Shown here piece after piece: positions 47,511-53,412 of a DNA stretch of 53,412 nt. Source of the stretch: Deltaproteobacteria bacterium. GTDB taxonomy: Bacteria > Myxococcota > B64-G9. Every line of letters starts with the position of its first letter. Position 1 is the first letter of the stretch. The position numbers and the translations under genes are program-made. Location of the stretch: assembly GCA_030591445.1 (NCBI GenBank), contig JAUVBB010000003.1, forward strand, positions 1 to 53,412, read 5' to 3'. The notes under the pieces are model-generated. The model was not told the origin of the DNA and ran no database searches. It saw only the letters and a list, made by a program, of their open reading frames with translations.

Positions 47511-49674
47511 TTCTTCTTCTTCGCCCAAAAAGCCAGCATAGCCCAAACCACGTCCAGGCCAAAGACAATGGACTTGGGTTGGTAGAACAAGAGCATCCGC
47601 CGACAATCCCATCTCCTGGTTCCTGGCACTCTGGACTGTCGGTTTTGGTCCAATCCTGGACATTGGTGGTAGCGCTGCAAAACAGGCAGGGATTGCTGGG
47701 ATGTGGATCTCCGTCTGCATAACAGGCGCCGTTGAGAAGGCAGAAGCCTGGTTGGACTTGATTGCAAGCCTCTGTGGCTTCGTCACAGGTCAGGGTGCAT
47801 TCCAGGGCGTCGTCGGCGCACGGAGCCGCACCAGCGGCGCAGGCGCCATCTTGACAGGTCTCGGCTCCGTTACAGAATTCATCATCCGAACAGCTGCCGG
47901 CATCGTTGTTTGACCATGCCAAGGGATTGCTTACCGCCAAACAGGTCAAGCAGGGATTGTCTGGATGAATGCTGCCGTCTGAGCGGCAAATGCTGTCGAT
48001 AAGGCAGGAACCGACCTCAAGGGTATTGCACTGGTCGCTATCGTCGTCGCAAGTGAGCGTACAAGCGAGACCGTCGTCGGTACAGGGTGCGGGACCAGAA
48101 AAGCAAGTACCGTTCTGACAGATTTCGACTCCGTTGCAAAAAACACCGTCATCGCAATCACCTGCTGGATAGGCTGACCATACTTGGCTGTCGATGCCTG
48201 GCTGGCAAGCCAAACACGGATTGCTTGGATTTGTTGCTCCGTCGCTTATACAGCTTCCGTCGATGAGGCAGGACCCGGCGGCGAGCAAATTGCACGCTTG
48301 CTGATCTTCGTCGCAAGTGACGGTGCAACTGAGGCCGTCGTCGGGGCAGGGGCCGGCGTTTGCCACGCAGGCACCCGCCGAACAGGTTTCGACCCCGTTG
48401 CAAAACAGAAAATCAGCACAAGAACCGGAGTCGTTGGCAGTCCAGGCGCCGGCATTGGCGTTGACATCACAGATTTGGCAAGGATTATCCGGATTCACTG
48501 CCCCGGGGTTGTGGCAGATGCTATCGATCACACAGGCATCGTTACTGACCTCAACCGTCCAGGTAAACTCTTCGCGCATCAACGAGGAGGGGTCGGTCAG
48601 AACAAGACTGTTTTCATCCGCCACCTCCACTCTGACCAGATGGCTGCCCACGCTTAGATCCACGCTGTTGATCTGGTACTCGGTTGTGCCCACCGACTTG
48701 ACCACTCCATCGACCCACCAGGTGACGACCATGGTATCTGGAATGGGCAAGGGATATTGTACCGACAGGGTCTGGCTGCCGGTACAAGCCCCCAACTCGA
48801 CCGGAGAGGCCGGAGTGGTGGCATCGATGGGGGATACTGTGGCGTAAACAGCCAGGACATCCGCCTCGCGGCAAATGTCGCAGAAGTTGGCGCCCAGACT
48901 CCGCATGAGGCAGTTTTGTCGAGACCGGTACACGCCGCTGGTCAGGTAACGGGCGCCTTCGAAAGCGCCGACGACATCGGTATACAGGGCTGTTTCGGGA
49001 GTGGGCAAGGGGGTACTGGCCTCGATCCAGATGTTCCACTTGATGTTTGCCCTTTCGGTGTGGACGGTAACATTGGGTTCCGGACAGTCGCTTCCGCAAG
49101 GCGGAAAGCTGGGGTAGGCACTTTCATATTCGTCGGCCAGGCGACCGAAAGAATGGCCGAACTCGTGTTTGGCCACCTCGGGGGCGTTGGCATTGACCGA
49201 GAGGGTCGCCAGGCCGGTATAGCCGGCGCCGCCATATTTTGGGTCGTTGACGATGACGAAGATGGTGTCACTTTCCGGGACATGGTCGGAGACAATGCTG
49301 TAGACGGTACTGGTATTGACGCAGAGCAGACGATCGATGTCTTGGCAATTGAAATACGAATCAAGGGCGGTGTCGCGTTCAGCGCCGTAAGTGCCGTTGT
49401 CAGCCCCGGTTTCGTTAGAGACAACGTGAATCAGCTTCACATTGAAGAAGTTCTGATATTCGCCCAAAGGGGTTTCCTGCCAGAAATCCGCCAGGAACCA
49501 CTGTACATCGGTAGTGAGCTTGGTTTGATCTTCGATCCGGTAGCCATCGCCCAGAACGACAATGTCGTAACGGATGGCAGGATCGCCGTTGTCTTGCATT
49601 ACTTCCACGTCGTAGGCAAACACCGGTGCTGATCCCAATAGACAGAGCCAAGTGGCCGCAAAACTGAGCTTCAT
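47491..49674 (-). CDS. M64 (IgA-peptidase-like) metallopeptidase with Cys-rich repeats and MYXO-CTERM sorting tail
   Basis: DIVVLGDGY, KYGGAG, HEFGHSFGRLADEY, GAFEGA.Y, CLMR...FC..C; NP.NPC..C / FCNG.E.C repeats; GGCSC...LFGRRRR. Confidence 0.88.
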   Translation of the reverse strand: MKLSFAATWLCLLGSAPVFAYDVEVMQDNGDPAIRYDIVVLGDGYRIEDQTKLTTDVQWFLADFWQETPLGEYQNFFNVKLIHVVSNETGADNGTYGAERDTALDSYFNCQDIDRLLCVNTSTVYSIVSDHVPESDTIFVIVNDPKYGGAGYTGLATLSVNANAPEVAKHEFGHSFGRLADEYESAYPSFPPCGSDCPEPNVTVHTERANIKWNIWIEASTPLPTPETALYTDVVGAFEGARYLTSGVYRSRQNCLMRSLGANFCDICREADVLAVYATVSPIDATTPASPVELGACTGSQTLSVQYPLPIPDTMVVTWWVDGVVKSVGTTEYQINSVDLSVGSHLVRVEVADENSLVLTDPSSLMREEFTWTVEVSNDACVIDSICHNPGAVNPDNPCQICDVNANAGAWTANDSGSCADFLFCNGVETCSAGACVANAGPCPDDGLSCTVTCDEDQQACNLLAAGSCLIDGSCISDGATNPSNPCLACQPGIDSQVWSAYPAGDCDDGVFCNGVEICQNGTCFSGPAPCTDDGLACTLTCDDDSDQCNTLEVGSCLIDSICRSDGSIHPDNPCLTCLAVSNPLAWSNNDAGSCSDDEFCNGAETCQDGACAAGAAPCADDALECTLTCDEATEACNQVQPGFCLLNGACYADGDPHPSNPCLFCSATTNVQDWTKTDSPECQEPGDGIVGGCSCSTNPSPLSLAWTWFGLCWLFGRRRRTRSCKG

Positions 49675-50174
49675 GGATTTGTTCTCAATGCGGGGAAATC
49701 GACTGCCCCGAGTCTCGCGAAAGCCTGTGCCGGCAGACCGCTTTTGCGAACTTGATCGGGTTTGAGGGCAAAAAAGGAAATGCTGCGTGCTTTGCGCGCG
49801 GGAACGCGGATGGTAAAGTGAACTGGTTCCTTGCGCTTTACCCGGTAGCCATCGATCTTGCTGGGGTCTTTTTCATTTCTGAACTCCCCGCGGATCCAGG
49901 TCGGGTCGTCCAGGCCGGCCTCGAATATGATCTTGTCTTGCGCATCGGTGACTTTGAATTGCCAAGCGAAAAATCGATCGCGGGCGCGGCGCAGAGGCAA
50001 GGCTGATGGAACCAGGGTGGTCTTGACCACCGTAAAAACGTTCTTTTCCCAGACCACCTGAAGCAGTAAATGCTGGCCCCCAGATTTGGCCACGGCCGAG
50101 GAATGCCGTGCCTGAATGGCAAAAAAAACCGTGCTGGCAAGAAAAGCTAAAACCACTAAAGTGTTCTTTCGCAT
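49671..50174 (-). CDS. Exported hypothetical protein coupled to the M64 peptidase
   Basis: Signal peptide; ATGA overlap with the peptidase start; basic, beta-rich sequence. Confidence 0.75.
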   Translation of the reverse strand: MRKNTLVVLAFLASTVFFAIQARHSSAVAKSGGQHLLLQVVWEKNVFTVVKTTLVPSALPLRRARDRFFAWQFKVTDAQDKIIFEAGLDDPTWIRGEFRNEKDPSKIDGYRVKRKEPVHFTIRVPARKARSISFFALKPDQVRKSGLPAQAFARLGAVDFPALRTNP

Positions 50175-50201
50175 GGCGTCTTCCTTATCAATTTGCCAGC
50201 C

Positions 50202-50978
50202 TCAGCGCAGAACCAGCTTTCGGGCTGCTTGCTGAATGGGCATGCGGACATTGTTGGTTTTGGCCAGTGCGCGAATGTCGCTTTTTGGCAGCCGAGCTAG
50301 CAGGACCAAGGCATCTGGCATGGGCGTTTTTGGATTGCGCACCAGATTGCGGCATACGGTAATGGAGCGGTTCCATTCTTTGCTCTTGGCGATGGTCCGC
50401 AGCACGTCTGGATTGATGCCGGGCATTTTTGCAATCATCTCAATTTCATCAAGGGTGATACCGGGGTTCTTGATCACAAAAGGATGCAGGGTCTTGTTGC
50501 GATCACGGATCAGCAACATGCGCATGTCTTTTCGGCCGCGCAGGCAAGCCGCCTTTTTTTCAGTCACAGCCATGGCATCCAACTGTTGTTTTAAGCTCTG
50601 GCGTTTTGCCGTTGCACTTAGCCCTTTTTGGGGCACAGTTTGACCAAGCTGTGATACCTGCGGATCTTCTTGATCGGAAGTGGGTGACTCTTGATCGGCA
50701 GGCAAAGACTCACATTTCTTAATGATATTTTCGACGGTAGCTTCGTTGCCGACGACAAACTGAATGGCCAGGCCTTGGCCCGGTAAGACCTGTACCACTT
50801 CTCCGTTCAAATCGAACTCTTGCCCATCCGGCGCGATGATTTTCACTGCTAAGGCGGAAAACTGGGCCAAGGTCATGTCGGTGCGAATCATCAATCCGCG
50901 CATGGCGATTTGTTGTTGGCAATCTAGCCGAAAAGTTTGCGGGGAGGTATAGCGCAGTTCAAAGGTAATAGACTCCAT
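50202..50978 (-). CDS. Degenerate PilZ-like N-domain + helical repeat C-domain hypothetical protein
   Basis: RGLMI...GEVVQ..GQGLAIQF; C-terminal EKKAA.LRG...R.LLIRD.NK...KNP.IT..E...LVRNPKTP. Confidence 0.65.
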   Translation of the reverse strand: MESITFELRYTSPQTFRLDCQQQIAMRGLMIRTDMTLAQFSALAVKIIAPDGQEFDLNGEVVQVLPGQGLAIQFVVGNEATVENIIKKCESLPADQESPTSDQEDPQVSQLGQTVPQKGLSATAKRQSLKQQLDAMAVTEKKAACLRGRKDMRMLLIRDRNKTLHPFVIKNPGITLDEIEMIAKMPGINPDVLRTIAKSKEWNRSITVCRNLVRNPKTPMPDALVLLARLPKSDIRALAKTNNVRMPIQQAARKLVLR

Positions 50979-51038
50979 GACTCTCTATTCTTGCGGATGA
51001 AGAGGAATATTACAAGCCATGCTCGAAGCGGGTTTGAT

Positions 51039-51371
51039 TTAGAGGATGGTTTCTTCTTCCACGTCGTCGAGGGTGCCGGTTTCTGAACGAAGAAAGCGGA
51101 AGTGGGTTCTGCCGACGCTCAGAACATCTCCGGATTGCAGTTCGGCCGTCTTGACCTTGTTGCCATTTACTTGGATGCCGTTGGTGCTGCCCAGGTCGGT
51201 GACTTCCCAGGTGAGGCCATTCCAATTGAGACGGGCGTGCTTCCGGGATACTTTGGGATCTTCTGCCAGGCAGAAGTCGCACTTGCGCGAGCGCCCGATC
51301 TCCTTGACCGTACCGGTTAGCGGGTATCGCTTTAATCGAACCTCGTCGACAAGGTGAAACAGCGCTTCCAC
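51039..51371 (-). CDS. Small FHA domain protein
   Basis: EIGRS, VSRKHA, DLGSTNG, LQSGD; GTG start. Confidence 0.88.
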   Translation of the reverse strand: MEALFHLVDEVRLKRYPLTGTVKEIGRSRKCDFCLAEDPKVSRKHARLNWNGLTWEVTDLGSTNGIQVNGNKVKTAELQSGDVLSVGRTHFRFLRSETGTLDDVEEETIL

Positions 51372-51466
51372 AGATCACCCCAGCCTTCAAACAATGGATA
51401 AGACAGTTTCTCACATTTATCGTCGATAAACAAAAAATATTCTTGCTTTTCTAAATGCCGGAATTC

Positions 51467-51495
51467 TTGACCGTAGTGATATGCCAGAGTAGCAT
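51467..51495 (+). promoter_or_regulatory. sigma70-like promoter
   Basis: TTGACC-17 bp-TAGCAT upstream of 51546. Confidence 0.5.
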
Positions 51496-51545
51496 CAATT
51501 TGATGGCTAGTTTAATCTGGCCAAACACCCCCAAAGGAAATTGGG

Positions 51546-51767
51546 ATGAATCTAGTGGGAAACCTCGAGGGGCTACAGGAACTGAAGTTGCTCAAAGAAG
51601 AGCGCAAGGATTTTTTGCGCTTTCTCATCACCGAGGCCAAAACGAGTTTGAGCAGATCTTCTGTTTTCAAAGGAGTCGATGGACGTCAGTGGAAAATCTG
51701 CTATCACGTGCAAAAAGACGAATTGGAAGTGCAGATTGCCGATGAGTCTGCCCCAGCAGAGCCTTGA
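51546..51767 (+). CDS. Small hypothetical protein (73 aa)
   Basis: AAAGGA SD, upstream promoter, protein-like composition. Confidence 0.7.
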   Translation: MNLVGNLEGLQELKLLKEERKDFLRFLITEAKTSLSRSSVFKGVDGRQWKICYHVQKDELEVQIADESAPAEP

Positions 51768-51804
51768 TTCTTAATCCAAATAGCAAAAACCAGGAGTAAA
51801 GCCC

Positions 51805-52275
51805 ATGCCATTTTGCCCGGTGTGCCTGTCCGAATTTCGAGAAGGATTTGAACGCTGTAACGCTTGCGATGTTGAACTGGTAAGTCAGTTGGAAGAAAAA
51901 ATGGATTTATCCGAGGTGAACATTAGAGAAGCCATGGAAGGCAAAGAGTTGATCGCGGTTACCCGCGGGGATCTCGATGTGGTCAAGGAAACTCGTGATT
52001 TGTTGGCAGCCGAGCGGGTGGCATCGATCATCGTACCCGATGAGGAAGCGCCAGCGCACCCAGGTATGCCTAGCCGGGTTGTCTTAGTGGTGGCGAAAAA
52101 CGAATTGGAACGGGCCATGGCTATCATTGGGGACCGCTTCAAAAATATGGTCGAGGTGGAAGGGAAGGAAGTTATTAGCGATCAATCGTATGAGTCCTGT
52201 CCCGCCTGTGGCAGCAAGGTTTCTGCCGATGCGGAGGAATGTGCGGACTGTGGCCTGTTTGTGGGCAAAGGGTAA
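51805..52275 (+). CDS. Double zinc-ribbon / DUF2007-like protein
   Basis: MPFCPVC..EFREG..RCNAC; C-terminal CPAC...CADC; AGGAG SD. Confidence 0.8.
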   Translation: MPFCPVCLSEFREGFERCNACDVELVSQLEEKMDLSEVNIREAMEGKELIAVTRGDLDVVKETRDLLAAERVASIIVPDEEAPAHPGMPSRVVLVVAKNELERAMAIIGDRFKNMVEVEGKEVISDQSYESCPACGSKVSADAEECADCGLFVGKG

Positions 52276-52354
52276 ATAAATACGATTATTTGGTAACTTA
52301 TGGCGGGACGAATTGTTGCCCTGAGGAGACAATGAGGATAAAATACTTGGGAAA

Positions 52355-53374
52355 ATGTATCCCAAGCGATTCAATCCATGGAGTCAGGGGAAGCTAGCGG
52401 GCTTGCTCTGCATGTCAATCCTGTTGTTGCAGGTTGCGGAGACAGCTTGTAGCAAGGCGAGCCTGCGAGACCAGGCACAAGAACAGGAATCAAGCACTGT
52501 AAGTCAAGCTCAGGGAACCCATCACCTCGAAAAAGCTCGATCTTTTTTTGACTCCGGGCATAACAGCCTAGCCCAGGCGGAGTTCCTGTCCGCCTTACGG
52601 GCAAATCCCTTACAGTACGCCGCCCACCTTGGCCTGGCAGATGTTTATGAGTTGCAGGGAGACGCTGTCGCGGCCCTGGCAGAGTACGTAGCCCACACCG
52701 AGACTGTACCGAAGGCCGCGCTACGGGTCGAACGCATGGATGCGTATGCGCGGGCCAAATTCAGGCAATACCAGCTACAGGATCGCGAACGGGAAAACGG
52801 TTACAAGGCGCGGGCCATGCTCTTTCTGAGCGAGGCGGTGAACCTCTATCGTCAGGGGAAATACGATGCCGCCTTGGGCATGACCGCACGGTCCAAGGCC
52901 CTGCTCCCCGAGTTTGGCATGCTGGACTACCTGGAAGGTCAAGTGCATTGGCAGATGGATCGCCTGCCGCAGGCACTTTCGGCTTGGCTGAAGGCGGCCC
53001 GCTCTAATTCTTTCCTGGCCGCTCGATTGCTTGATCGAGATCTTGGCTCAAGACTGCCGGATTTGCCCGGGCAGATGGAACGGGTTTTGCGGCAAGTTCT
53101 AGCGCATCATCCGGCCGATGTGTTTGCGTCCATACAACTCGCGGCTTTGTCATACCGACAGGGTCAATACCGTCGGGCAACCAAAGTAATAAGTCAGGCA
53201 TTGGCCTGGACTGAGCCGCGGTGGGAGTTAAGTGTAATCGAGGCTGCGGCACACTGGCACTTGGCACAAAAGGAGCAGATGGCCCGCAGCTTGGCAGTGA
53301 TAGATCGGGCTCGCATCGATCTGTCGCTTGCCTTCCAAGCGCATCAGCCCAGTCTATTTCGCGGGGTGTTGTAG
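52355..53374 (+). CDS. Exported TPR-repeat protein
   Basis: Hydrophobic N-terminus; TPR-like helices (AHLGLADVY, YRQGKYDAA). Confidence 0.7.
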   Translation: MYPKRFNPWSQGKLAGLLCMSILLLQVAETACSKASLRDQAQEQESSTVSQAQGTHHLEKARSFFDSGHNSLAQAEFLSALRANPLQYAAHLGLADVYELQGDAVAALAEYVAHTETVPKAALRVERMDAYARAKFRQYQLQDRERENGYKARAMLFLSEAVNLYRQGKYDAALGMTARSKALLPEFGMLDYLEGQVHWQMDRLPQALSAWLKAARSNSFLAARLLDRDLGSRLPDLPGQMERVLRQVLAHHPADVFASIQLAALSYRQGQYRRATKVISQALAWTEPRWELSVIEAAAHWHLAQKEQMARSLAVIDRARIDLSLAFQAHQPSLFRGVL

Positions 53375-53412
53375 GGATCGGCTGATGATTTCCTGCGCCA
53401 AGAATTGCCCAA

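Noticed and set aside
52323-52397. GAGGAG-ATG 21-codon ORF overlapping the TPR gene start
   Set aside because: SD spacing is only 3 nt, it lies inside a plausible promoter spacer, and nothing else supports it
1-53412. tRNA/rRNA, transposase, integrase, prophage or defence genes
   Set aside because: None recognised by eye; a tRNAscan/Rfam/DefenseFinder run would be needed to exclude divergent ones

Overview
53.4-kb chromosomal window from a Myxococcota/deltaproteobacterium-like organism. Taxonomy is inferred from TIGR02266-type PilZ genes, DUF4388 proteins, a MYXO-CTERM tail, Hanks kinase-TPR proteins and glt genes. GC content looks mid-50s% by eye, lower than classical myxobacteria. The window is dense in signalling genes: hybrid and classic histidine kinases, an NtrC-family activator, several receivers, five PilZ or PilZ-like proteins, three stand-alone FHA proteins and two Ser/Thr kinases. 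It also holds secreted hydrolases and adhesins (PGRP-type amidase, M4/M36-like and M64 peptidases, a 1301-aa Ig/Cys/Gly-rich protein) and housekeeping genes (glnS, alanine symporter, CobA/BtuR, manB, nitroreductase). An rplC sits outside the S10 operon, directly upstream of a contiguous 8-gene Glt/Nfs-type trans-envelope cluster (gltA/B/C/D/E/F/G/H-like) that lacks gltIJK and aglRQS in this window. Non-obvious signals read from the DNA: two sigma54 promoters with candidate upstream activator palindromes; an uncalled 49-codon gene behind a consensus sigma70 promoter; two REP-doublet elements, one with a nested 47-bp insertion; a head-to-head FHA paralog pair; repeated leaderless-type promoter geometry; and long polybasic tracts in envelope proteins. 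No rRNA, tRNA, CRISPR array or transposase was recognised. Family assignments come from motif recognition only; no database searches were run.
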